A stretch of 64,000 nt of DNA from positions 480,001 through 544,000 of the forward strand of contig JAHQJS010000004.1 of the NCBI GenBank assembly GCA_019057385.1. The letters run 5' to 3'. This document shows positions 43,027-52,307 of this stretch, in pieces. The translations under genes and the position numbers were made by a program. The DNA comes from Candidatus Borrarchaeum weybense. GTDB lineage: Archaea; Asgardarchaeota; Sifarchaeia; Borrarchaeales; Borrarchaeaceae. How positions within the stretch are numbered: the stretch's first letter is position 1; each line of letters opens with the position of its first letter. The notes below the pieces were generated by a model. It had not been told where the DNA came from. It saw only the letters and a program-made list of their open reading frames with translations, and did no database searches.

Positions 43027-43198
43027 CTTTTTTCGTCCTCATACCTGTCATCCATTCCCGTCGTAGAAGGCGTCAGACCTCTCGGGTTCAGTCTCATGCA
43101 CAAGAACGTGTTCTCCGCGTGTTGCGAGGAACATTCCGTCTTGTAGTTGGCATATTGTCCAGCAACTATGAAAAGTAAAAGTATTATGCAGATCATTT
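43026..43198 (-). ncRNA. Putative RAMP-associated structured RNA, copy A
   Basis: Homologous to 44131-44302 in conserved blocks with compensatory stem changes; begins ~24 nt after the HD gene stop. Confidence 0.65.
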
Positions 43199-43221
43199 TT
43201 TAAGCTCCATGTTAAATACTT

Positions 43222-43761
43222 CTAAAAGCCTCCTAAGTCATCTATGTAGAGATTAACCATTAAGAGTAAGTGATTTTTTAATGATGAAAAACCGAATTTG
43301 AGTGCTTCATTGATCCGATTAAGTGTTTGAGACTTATAGATATAGGAATAGAGGGCATAAAGAGAGTATTGGCGTGTTTCGATCTCTTTTTTTAGGGTAT
43401 CAAAATGAATTTTTGTTGTTTCAGTTACGCGGTAACGTGAAGGAGCGGAGAACCTGAATTTTCGTGAGATGCTGGAGGAAAATCTATCGTAGTATTGTAG
43501 GGTGGAAAGTAAAGGTAACTCTCTGTAATCTAATTCGTAATTATGATGATTCTTAACCAATTGATAGATATAGTCATCGGAGATTTTGACCTCTGTATAG
43601 ATTTTACTTGGATGTCTTTCAGTATTGACGAAATCGTGGAGAAGCATGGCGATCATCAGTTTTTGCATTGCATCTGAGAAGTTTGTTGGAAGCATTTTTC
43701 TGATCTTGATTTTTTTTGGAGAATAGAGGGGTTTCTTTTGAAGTTTTTCATTTCCTGCCAT
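43222..43761 (-). CDS. HD-nuclease domain (C-terminal half of a frameshifted Cas5-HD fusion)
   Basis: AMLLHDF, VKNHH, YYDRFSS: HD...HH...D pattern. Confidence 0.75.
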   Translation of the reverse strand: MAGNEKLQKKPLYSPKKIKIRKMLPTNFSDAMQKLMIAMLLHDFVNTERHPSKIYTEVKISDDYIYQLVKNHHNYELDYRELPLLSTLQYYDRFSSSISRKFRFSAPSRYRVTETTKIHFDTLKKEIETRQYSLYALYSYIYKSQTLNRINEALKFGFSSLKNHLLLMVNLYIDDLGGF

Positions 43762-44033
43762 TGTATTTGCCCCATGCCTTCATGGGTGTATCTTCCGATG
43801 CTATCTAGGGCAAGTGCTTCATCAAGTTTATATTCTGGAGCGATGACTTCAATATTGCCATACCAAGCCCTAAAAGTCATAGGTGCTCGTCTTTCACCCT
43901 TTGTAAGTTTGCCAAACACTCGTGGGCGTCCTTGAATGGTGACGATACCGATGTTTTTGAGTCCAAACCGATTTCTCTTAGCGACTACAGGTGTTTTAGT
44001 TATCCCCAGTAATTTAATCCAGTTTTTTGTCAT
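43656..44033 (-). CDS. Small Cas5-like RAMP domain (N-terminal half of the fusion)
   Basis: N-terminal ITKTP strand and glycine loop IGRYTHEGMGQI; overlaps the HD ORF in the -1 frame. Confidence 0.6.
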   Translation of the reverse strand: MTKNWIKLLGITKTPVVAKRNRFGLKNIGIVTIQGRPRVFGKLTKGERRAPMTFRAWYGNIEVIAPEYKLDEALALDSIGRYTHEGMGQIQWQEMKNFKRNPSILQKKSRSEKCFQQTSQMQCKN

Positions 44034-44130
44034 CGTTATTCCTCTTTATGAATAGTATCCCGTTATTAACATTTTAACGGGATATCTAAACGTATCGGTT
44101 TTTTTACCTTTTCTTCGTAAATTGGATATC

Positions 44131-44302
44131 ACTTTTATCGTCCCTTGGCTGTCATCCATCCCCATCAATACTAGAGGCGTGGGACCTCTTAGATGGTTCA
44201 GTCTCATACGCAAGAACGTGCTCCTCACAATGTGAGAGAAGCATACCGTCATGGATGAGAAAAAAGAAGAGTAGAAGAATATTGCAGAGTCTTCGATCAT
44301 TT
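44131..44302 (-). ncRNA. Putative RAMP-associated structured RNA, copy B
   Basis: Homologous to 43026-43198; begins ~9 nt after the Cas7-like stop. Confidence 0.65.
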
Positions 44303-44310
44303 ATCTCCCT

Positions 44311-45096
44311 TCAAGCGTCTAATGCGTCTAAAATTGTCCTCCAATCCTCAATTTCATCAAATTCAATTGATTCCGCTTCGATTTCTTCATTGACCTTATA
44401 GATACCATTGTTTCTTTTTACGGTCTTGATAACTTCAATTTTTAGAAGATCAAAGTCCAAAAGTTTAACCTGTCCATAGCCTGCGTTCTTACCGCCTCCA
44501 AGCGTTTCGATGTATAGCAATGACTCCATGAGGAATTTAATCTCTTCTTTAGTCAGAAGAGTTACATCAATAGAGAATGTGAAATAGCCACTGAAATAAC
44601 TTTCACGAAAATCTTGGATAGGTATACCCTCATAACTTAACGCTATCCTATTTTCGCTCAAGATATGAACTCTTTGCACCGCTACATCAGTATTATATTC
44701 TTTATGAGAGATAGAAGTAATAGGATCAGCATAGACAGAAATCCGGGATTCTTCGCGAAAACTACCAAAGATTCTTCGGAGAATACAGGGAGTATCACAC
44801 GCACCAAATGGATGAAACCCGTTAGGAATGAGTTTAGTGCCGTCTTTGAGTTCGGTTTTTTCACTGGTATGACAGACTTCGATACCACAATCTTGAGCCA
44901 GCGACATGGCGGCATGTCTTAGCATGCCACGCAAACCTTTGATATAATATACTTTGGTATTGAAGGTCTTTTCTCCATTTATATAAGGAATTTCACCGAG
45001 AAGCAACATGGTAGAATTTTTCTGTATGGAGGCATTCAGGGGTTTGGCAATAGGGGTAAAGGCTCGAACCACAAGTTGTTTTTTTGTTTTTTTCAT
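44311..45096 (-). CDS. Cas7/Csm3-like RAMP protein
   Basis: KGLRGMLRH, Cys/His cluster VCH...H...CDTPC, RIFGS, ENRI, glycine loop LGGGKNAGYGQV. Confidence 0.85.
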   Translation of the reverse strand: MKKTKKQLVVRAFTPIAKPLNASIQKNSTMLLLGEIPYINGEKTFNTKVYYIKGLRGMLRHAAMSLAQDCGIEVCHTSEKTELKDGTKLIPNGFHPFGACDTPCILRRIFGSFREESRISVYADPITSISHKEYNTDVAVQRVHILSENRIALSYEGIPIQDFRESYFSGYFTFSIDVTLLTKEEIKFLMESLLYIETLGGGKNAGYGQVKLLDFDLLKIEVIKTVKRNNGIYKVNEEIEAESIEFDEIEDWRTILDALDA

Positions 45097-45652
45097 CTTT
45101 CTAACCTCGTTTAAATCTCAATAATAACTTTTGCAACTAGATATATAAACCTATCGCTTTTTCTACCTTTTTTTAGTAAAATGGATGATTTTATACGCTT
45201 CTTTTTGAAAATAAAGCGTTTTAAAGACGTTTTTTTGTATATTACTGGAAACATACGAAAAACCTTTGTTAATTTAGGTAAAACCTTTTTTGTATTAATA
45301 ATGTCTTAAGTAAAAAGGAAAAATATTTGCAAAAATGGAGATATTCTGGAAGAATAAAAAGTGCAATAAGAATGGTCTATACTTGTTAAGTGTCATCAAT
45401 TGTGCTTGAAATTATTTATGCTTTATTTTAAAATTTCTTATAATCGCGCATTAGGTCGCTCAAAAACACCTTTCTCCCCCACTCATAGTACTTGGGGCGT
45501 TCTGTGTTACTATTGCAGGGTTCAAATCGTGTGCATCGGCTGTCCTTTAGCGCAACTGGCATATATGCAGTCTTACATCCAATTACATTTCCAGTCTGAC
45601 AAGTTCTCTTGAAGAAGCCGTGTCTTTTATAGGGAGGACACTTACTTTTCTC

Positions 45653-48600
45653 TTAAGAACTACCTAGGAGTTTTCGGCGTTTCATAACTAAATTCACTAG
45701 ACCTGGTACGAAATCTTCATTTATTTGGACTATTGAGCCAAGTGATGTGTCCTTTTCTCGAAAAATACCTGCAGAGCAGATTCTTGCCCATGCATTACGA
45801 TTCTCCTTATACGGACGAAGCTTGGCCGAGAAAATCTCTTTGTTGGGAATATTCCCCTGAATATCAATAAACTCTTCCAAGACATCATATAGCACTTCTT
45901 TAATAGGGCCACGGATTCCTCCCCGGCCAAAAATGGTTAATTCATCGGGAATATCGCTTGAACCTGCAATTAGCAATGCCAATTTCTCTGAATCGGATAC
46001 TTCAGGAATTTTATCGAATCTAAACTGCCAATCTGCGAATATCCTCATTATATAAGGCTTTTTTGCCAATTTTAATTGTGTTTCTGACATCTTCGAGGAA
46101 TCTAAGCCATATTTCAAAGCGGCGGTCTTTAACTCATCGTTTGTAAACTCATTTAAAATTAAACTTGCTTTATCAATTATTGAATTCGAAGGCTTTCCTC
46201 GGAAAATATAGCTGTTTAAATCATGCTTTACACGATTAATATATTCATTAGCGCTCCAGTCAGCGGTTCTACAAGATATAATAGTAGGTACCCCTTCGGT
46301 GGCAAGACGCATTACAGTGTCTTTTAGCAGAGGTAAGATGAATTCTGGTCTTTCCACTTCATCTATGCCATCAATTATAACAAGTAGATTTGCATTTTTT
46401 TCCTTTAATGTGCTAAACATCTGTTTCAATACATTAAATGCATCGAGCATGACAATAGATCCAAAAAACGCTTGTACAGTCTTGGTTACGTTCTTTCTAG
46501 CGCTGAAAAAAAGAGGAACAATTTGTCCTTTAACGGTGATAGTTTTCATGAGTTCATTTGCCTTATGTGCAAGAAGCCATGTCTTCCCGATGCCCATGTC
46601 CGAAAGTAAAAGGAAAATTTTACGCTCCTCGCCGATTGGTAGTGTAGCAATTTCAATAAATTCATCAATTGCCTTTTCGGCATCAACGCGAGGTTCATAT
46701 TTTTCATCACTATAGGCGATTTCGAATAAACTCGAAAATGAAACTGTGTTGAGAAAACATTTTGATAGAAAAATAATATTTTCGGTGTTTAGATCCTTAG
46801 ATATATTTTTAGATAGTATACTAACTACACGATCAAGATTTTTTTCAAGATTCTTGATATTTGTACGTACATCATCTAATCGTCTCTTAGTATCTTCTGT
46901 ATTCGATTCCAATAGATTTATAATGACATTAATACTTTCTTCGAGTTCTTGCTTTACATCTAAAGAAATATTACTTATTTCATCTTCCATCCATGCTCTT
47001 AGTGTTTCAATTGCTTCGAAAGGTTTTTTTGAAGCGAAATCAATTGCTTTATTGAATCCATTTATGATCGGACGAAGAGAAGTATCGATAATCAATTTTA
47101 GTTTGTCCTCATCAATGTTAGCATTTATTTCCTCAAGTTTCTTATTTATTAGATCTTCGATTCCTCTGAAGGATGCTTTCTTCATTGCTTCCTCAATATT
47201 TTCGGTAATCGATGTTTCATCAACCTTGATACCAAAAGAAGAAATTTTATTCGATATCAACTTTCCTATATACCCTGCAGCCGGAGGACAAACCATGCCA
47301 ACGAGCATAGAACCCACAGCAGGCAAACATTTGAGGCCTATCTCGCCAAGTGTTTTTCCTGCCTTCTTAAGTATATCTCTTATCTTCTTGAGACGTCCTT
47401 CATCTTTTTCAGGTTGATAACTCTCTGAAATCGCATCAGAATCAACTTCTTGATCGTTTGTCAGAATAGGAGGCGTAATTGGAGTTTGTGGTTGAGTTGT
47501 TCGAGTTTCTATTTCTTTTTGTTCTTCAACAATTATTTTCTTAGTTTTTTCAATTTCCTCCATTTCTATTGTCTCTGTTTGCTCTAGCGTTTCACTTGTA
47601 AGAAGCGCTTGTGCCTCTTTTGCTTTGTAGATGGCCCCTGGTTCACCTTTTATTGTGTATTTGATCTCTACCATTCGATCTGGTTGGATATTCTTGATGG
47701 ACCATTCTAAGACGGTGAAGCTCTTGCCTTCGACCAGTCTCGGTCGTTGATCAGTCAGCTCTGGCGAACTTGAAACCAGTATAAAGCCTTCAGGCAAGAT
47801 ATCGGCGATGGTGATGTCCTGAAGGGTAACTTCGTCATCAGGCTTCAGTTTATTATGATAGTAGATAGTAATAGCATATTCACCTTCTGTATCACCTTCT
47901 TGGATCGATTTTCCAACACGAGCTTTACGCCAAACATGCTCCTTTACAGTAAGTTTATCTTCTGCAATGGCACGAAGTTCTTCATGTTCGGAAAATGGTT
48001 CTAAAACATTACCTACTACTGAAACTGGTACAACAAGTTCGACTCCAGGTTCCGGTTCTACTGCTTGAAGGAGGTAATCTATTTTAACACAATCCTTTGG
48101 ATTAATAGCTTTAATTGCAACCAGTTTATTAATATTTGAGAGGGATAAAATCAATTTTCTTTCCTTTGATAAATCTCTCCCCCCTTTCTCAGTAATTTTT
48201 ACTGCTCCAGTAATATCTTGTTGATAATCTGATTCTCGTATAAGACTTGCTTTGATAGAGTCGATATTAAAACCTGGAGGGATCGTTTCATAAAAAGTAA
48301 GATCATTTAAAGGTGCAGAACCAGTATTACATGCCTTTAAGGTAGTCTTAATAGGATTTTCTTCGATTGCGTTAATTCTTTTTACTTCATATGATTTTTC
48401 TACTTTTATATCTGCTACTTTAACTAAACCACCATATTGTACTACAGAGCCAGTGAGTTCTCTCAGAAAATTGTTTTTAACTGAAAAGTCAACTTTTTGT
48501 CCAAAGCTAGGAAATTCCATAATTGGATCTTCTTTTGGATCAGGGAACACGAAAGTCTTGGTCCATTTATTCTCGGTGTCAGGACTAAGAGTTACGTAAA

Positions 48601-49666
48601 GGCTATCCTCACTGATTACTAAATGTTCTCGTCGATCTGATCTTTTTCTAAATATAGTTTCTTCGGCAGTCTGTCGATAGACTTCCACTTCGCGGAGCAT
48701 TATTTCAAACGTGGAAAGGTTTTCAAATTCAATCGCACAGTTCCAGCGACCCGGGACGTTGTCAATCTCATCTTTATCGATCCAAGTAACATTTTTGGTG
48801 TAGCCTTCTAGACCAAGAAAAATAATATCTGACATCGTTGTATCTGGTGTTGCGAAACTTATAGAAATTTTGCCTGTATTTAGTGGGACTACTGTTTCTG
48901 CTTTTAAAAAAACTCCAAATGTTATTGATTTTGATTCATTAGGAGCTAAACTAAATCCAGACCAAAAGATCTTGTCAGTCTCTCTTTTATAATCTCCATC
49001 TGCTCCCTTTAAGTCCATAACTTCCCTGAAAGCTTCAGGCAATTCTTTAACAAAAATAATGTTTTCTAAATTCGTTTTTGATTTATTAATAACCATAATC
49101 GTAACTCTGACCGCAGTTTCTTTATTTCTTATTAGTATTTTTGGCATAGTCTCTGATTCTGGTTCAGTATCTATGTATTCCTCAATTATCAGAGGTGATT
49201 CAATATCTTTTGAAACAGGAGTTCTCAAAGAATAATTTTTAAAGAATAATTCGCTGGGTCTAAGTTCTTGGATGTTTATATTGCACAGACCCTCCCTAGC
49301 TGATAAATTGGTCTTTGAAATATTTTCCCAGTAACTATCGAGATTCCAAACGCTATCTCGTTCGTTTGGATTGTAAAAACCAACACTTCCTGATGTTTTA
49401 ATAGTTTCTGTTCCATCTGCTTGAAAAACAGCATCTATTCTTTCAGAGTTGATAACAAGAATTCGTTTATTATTTTTAGCGCCAACTATTTTCCAGGCTT
49501 TAGGTATATCTTTCTCAGGCATATGTTCCAAGTCTAGTTTTTTAAGATCGACAACTACCCTTCCCTTTGGTATCTCGAATAAAATTGGACCTTCAAGTAT
49601 TTTTGGAACATAATTTGCCATTTCGGCATTTCCTCTTCTATTTTTCCTGACTATTTGTTTAGACAA
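45653..49666 (-). CDS. Full paralog of the 25783-27921 protein fused to a helical/coiled-coil region and a STAND/NACHT-like NTPase
   Basis: First ~690 aa align with 25783-27921 through KAKEAQALLT; then SDMGIGKT, LVIIDGIDE, IISCR. Confidence 0.8.
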   Translation of the reverse strand: MSKQIVRKNRRGNAEMANYVPKILEGPILFEIPKGRVVVDLKKLDLEHMPEKDIPKAWKIVGAKNNKRILVINSERIDAVFQADGTETIKTSGSVGFYNPNERDSVWNLDSYWENISKTNLSAREGLCNINIQELRPSELFFKNYSLRTPVSKDIESPLIIEEYIDTEPESETMPKILIRNKETAVRVTIMVINKSKTNLENIIFVKELPEAFREVMDLKGADGDYKRETDKIFWSGFSLAPNESKSITFGVFLKAETVVPLNTGKISISFATPDTTMSDIIFLGLEGYTKNVTWIDKDEIDNVPGRWNCAIEFENLSTFEIMLREVEVYRQTAEETIFRKRSDRREHLVISEDSLYVTLSPDTENKWTKTFVFPDPKEDPIMEFPSFGQKVDFSVKNNFLRELTGSVVQYGGLVKVADIKVEKSYEVKRINAIEENPIKTTLKACNTGSAPLNDLTFYETIPPGFNIDSIKASLIRESDYQQDITGAVKITEKGGRDLSKERKLILSLSNINKLVAIKAINPKDCVKIDYLLQAVEPEPGVELVVPVSVVGNVLEPFSEHEELRAIAEDKLTVKEHVWRKARVGKSIQEGDTEGEYAITIYYHNKLKPDDEVTLQDITIADILPEGFILVSSSPELTDQRPRLVEGKSFTVLEWSIKNIQPDRMVEIKYTIKGEPGAIYKAKEAQALLTSETLEQTETIEMEEIEKTKKIIVEEQKEIETRTTQPQTPITPPILTNDQEVDSDAISESYQPEKDEGRLKKIRDILKKAGKTLGEIGLKCLPAVGSMLVGMVCPPAAGYIGKLISNKISSFGIKVDETSITENIEEAMKKASFRGIEDLINKKLEEINANIDEDKLKLIIDTSLRPIINGFNKAIDFASKKPFEAIETLRAWMEDEISNISLDVKQELEESINVIINLLESNTEDTKRRLDDVRTNIKNLEKNLDRVVSILSKNISKDLNTENIIFLSKCFLNTVSFSSLFEIAYSDEKYEPRVDAEKAIDEFIEIATLPIGEERKIFLLLSDMGIGKTWLLAHKANELMKTITVKGQIVPLFFSARKNVTKTVQAFFGSIVMLDAFNVLKQMFSTLKEKNANLLVIIDGIDEVERPEFILPLLKDTVMRLATEGVPTIISCRTADWSANEYINRVKHDLNSYIFRGKPSNSIIDKASLILNEFTNDELKTAALKYGLDSSKMSETQLKLAKKPYIMRIFADWQFRFDKIPEVSDSEKLALLIAGSSDIPDELTIFGRGGIRGPIKEVLYDVLEEFIDIQGNIPNKEIFSAKLRPYKENRNAWARICSAGIFREKDTSLGSIVQINEDFVPGLVNLVMKRRKLLGSS

Positions 49667-49739
49667 CTAAATAAATTTACTTATAAAAAACACAAAAAAA
49701 GAATTAATTCACTAAACCGATAAGGAAATCTTAACTAAA

Positions 49740-51473
49740 TCACTCAACAATTCTAGATTTCCTAAGAAATCCAATTAAAACTCCTCCTATGATGAAACAA
49801 GCGAGTAACAGAAAAAGGACCAGGTACACAGCGAACTGTGGTGGAACAACATAAAACAGATACAGAAGGAATCCACAACTGAATAATCCGTTAATTATGC
49901 CAGTCTTCAATCCTGCATTTTTTAAGTTCAAGGATGTTTTCCTAAGACTAATAAATCCACTCAGCACTCCTGCAATGAGGAAACAAGAAATAATTCGAAC
50001 GATTTGTAAAATTATCTCAGAAGGCATAGGAATAACAAATAAAATGACTACTAATATCACAATTCCTGATATCCCACCGTTAACCATGTCTGTGGTTGAT
50101 GGTCGTTGAATGCTGAGATCGGGATAGTCTTTTAAATCCTCTCCAATGAGAAATTTCAAACGATCCATTACCATCCATTTAGAGGTTACAAAATCAAAAT
50201 AAATTCCAATGGCAGCAATAATCGAAGCAATTAAAAGGAAGTGTGGCAATAAATCTACCCCAAAGTAAACAATGAATAATCTTGATGAAAGATAAGTTAC
50301 TAAAAGAACGCCGAGACCCAATACAATAGGATGGAATATTCTCTGTAAACGAGAGTATTTTCTGAAGAAATCCAGATCTTTATTTTTTACAGCCCAATCT
50401 TGCTTGACATGAATATAAGAAAGTGATGGAACGGCGCCTACAAGGAATGCCACGGTAAGAATAATTGCTCTTAAGACAAACAAGACATCGTGAGAAGGAA
50501 TATTACTTGGCATTTGTTGTGTTAAAAAGTCTAAAAAGGGCACAACCATCGGCTGTAGCATCGCTAATATAAAAGCAACAAGATATGGGAGAAATATTAT
50601 AAAACAGCGATTCCAGTTCTCCCACTCATTACGAATTCCAAGGAAAGCGATCATGAAAGGAATGATTATTAGAATCATAAAAAGAAGTTGAGAGCTCTCA
50701 AAATAATTTAGAAATCGAAGATTCATCCCAACAATAATAGCATTGGCGACTAACGAAACTACTAACCAACTAGTCTGAATCGTTTGGTCGCTTTTTAGCC
50801 AATTTCTCCAAAAATGCTTTTCAATTTGTCCTTTGTAGCGCATTGTGTCTTTCAATGCACCAATAAAAGCCCTTGGTGTCTCGATAGTTCCTAGTAGAAC
50901 TAAGAAATTGAATACAGAGAGAAAAAGTATCACTGCGGAGAATATTTTATCCCCTCCAATGGCAAGCCATACCGTTATCAAAATGAAGGTGTCAAAAGCC
51001 CGCTCGTACGAATAATACTCCTTATATTCTAGAAAATCAAGTTTTCTTTTAAAATATGTTGAATATAGTTTAGTTGCACCCAACCATCCCATGAACCCCA
51101 TAAACATTAATCCAAAAGAGAAAATAGCCGGGAGAAACTCATTATTTAGCGCATGTATTAACAACCTTTCGGAAGCATTCGCAAAGATACTTGTAGAGAA
51201 AAACACAAATCCGCAAATTACGGAAATAAGTAGTCGTGATCTCAACTCTTCATTTCGAAGTACATCTTCTGGATTCTTCTCGAAAACCATTTTTGGAAGA
51301 TGAAATTGGTAAATACCTATTGTCAAAATAAGACTTGCAAGTAGAAAGGTATATTCAAAGTTGAATAGACTTAAAACGACAGATAAAACACTTAGCAGGA
51401 TAGTTATAAGCGAAACAAGAAGATTCTTAATATTCAGTTCTTTTGTTTTACTCTTAGAATCAATACTCCCCAT
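49740..51473 (-). CDS. Multi-pass membrane protein, unknown function
   Basis: 577 aa with many hydrophobic segments. Confidence 0.75.
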   Translation of the reverse strand: MGSIDSKSKTKELNIKNLLVSLITILLSVLSVVLSLFNFEYTFLLASLILTIGIYQFHLPKMVFEKNPEDVLRNEELRSRLLISVICGFVFFSTSIFANASERLLIHALNNEFLPAIFSFGLMFMGFMGWLGATKLYSTYFKRKLDFLEYKEYYSYERAFDTFILITVWLAIGGDKIFSAVILFLSVFNFLVLLGTIETPRAFIGALKDTMRYKGQIEKHFWRNWLKSDQTIQTSWLVVSLVANAIIVGMNLRFLNYFESSQLLFMILIIIPFMIAFLGIRNEWENWNRCFIIFLPYLVAFILAMLQPMVVPFLDFLTQQMPSNIPSHDVLFVLRAIILTVAFLVGAVPSLSYIHVKQDWAVKNKDLDFFRKYSRLQRIFHPIVLGLGVLLVTYLSSRLFIVYFGVDLLPHFLLIASIIAAIGIYFDFVTSKWMVMDRLKFLIGEDLKDYPDLSIQRPSTTDMVNGGISGIVILVVILFVIPMPSEIILQIVRIISCFLIAGVLSGFISLRKTSLNLKNAGLKTGIINGLFSCGFLLYLFYVVPPQFAVYLVLFLLLACFIIGGVLIGFLRKSRIVE

Positions 51474-52307
51474 CCCGTAATCTCCATTTGAAATATTTTT
51501 CTTAAGTTAGCTTCCACTGCGTTGTTGTTGGAACAATATTCAAGAAAAATGTTGCTGTTACCAAAAAGTAACTAACAAATATAACGGAATATCTAATAAT
51601 ATCCTTAATCTCTAATTCTTCCAAGATAATCCCCCGTTTACGAAAGATTAGGACGTCTTTATGTTTACATATATAAAATCATTCTGCTTGTTATAATTTT
51701 CGTGAAACAGCGTTTTATTAAATAGTAGAGTTCACGAAACTAATTACAAAACATCCTATGATTAAAATATTGGATCTTTTTATGATATGAAGAGGATCTC
51801 AGGAAAATAATCAGAGAACTCATGGTAGGAATTTATAAAAAAGGATAGATTTGAGTTTTAAAACAGGACTGATAGTAAAGTTATTTGTACTAATTTCACT
51901 CCAGTTCTCTTATCAATTCATTATGTTGGTGGTATGTCCCTTATATCTTCGATTTTCCAAGTTGCGTAGTTAAAAGCGAAGAGTAATGTTAGGAAACTAC
52001 TGATTGTAAATCCGAAACAAAGTCCAAGAAAAGCAGAACTTATGTCTAAACTAAGTGTAAAGGCATAAGCGAGAACAATCGAAATAATTGAGAAAGAGAA
52101 GAAGAACGTTATTAGTATAATCATCATACTAATAACTCTACTCATGCTTCGAATTTGGCTCCGTTCACGATCTCTACCCTGCTTTTCATAATTTCTCTCA
52201 AAAACTTCTCGAACGTCGTATGCATTTTTTAGAAGGAAAGTAGCAAAAATGCCTCCAATACCGAATAAAGAATCAACTAAACAAAAGGTATTCTACAGTT
52301 GAGATAA

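Noticed and set aside
43026-43100. Hammerhead ribozyme or C/D-box (TIGR-like) reading of the repeat (GAGGACGAAA, CTGA, GGATGA)
   Set aside because: The CUGAUGA core is absent, GAAA is not kept in copy B, box order and spacing do not fit, and no Nop-domain gene is nearby.
42927-44300. Small ORFs 42927-43196 and 44046-44300 sharing TFL.MRLN..RG.TP...GMDD, each with GGAG + ATG
   Set aside because: Identity lies in exact nucleotide blocks, substitutions are mostly non-synonymous but pairing-preserving, and two shared blocks are read in different frames. Better explained as RNA, although a dual peptide role is not excluded.
45400-45612. 70-aa ORF upstream of the RAMP module
   Set aside because: No motif; the region looks more like a decayed tnpB-type 3' end, too degenerate to call.
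43026-45650. CRISPR array near the RAMP genes
   Set aside because: No regularly spaced 25-45-bp repeats were seen here or elsewhere in the window.
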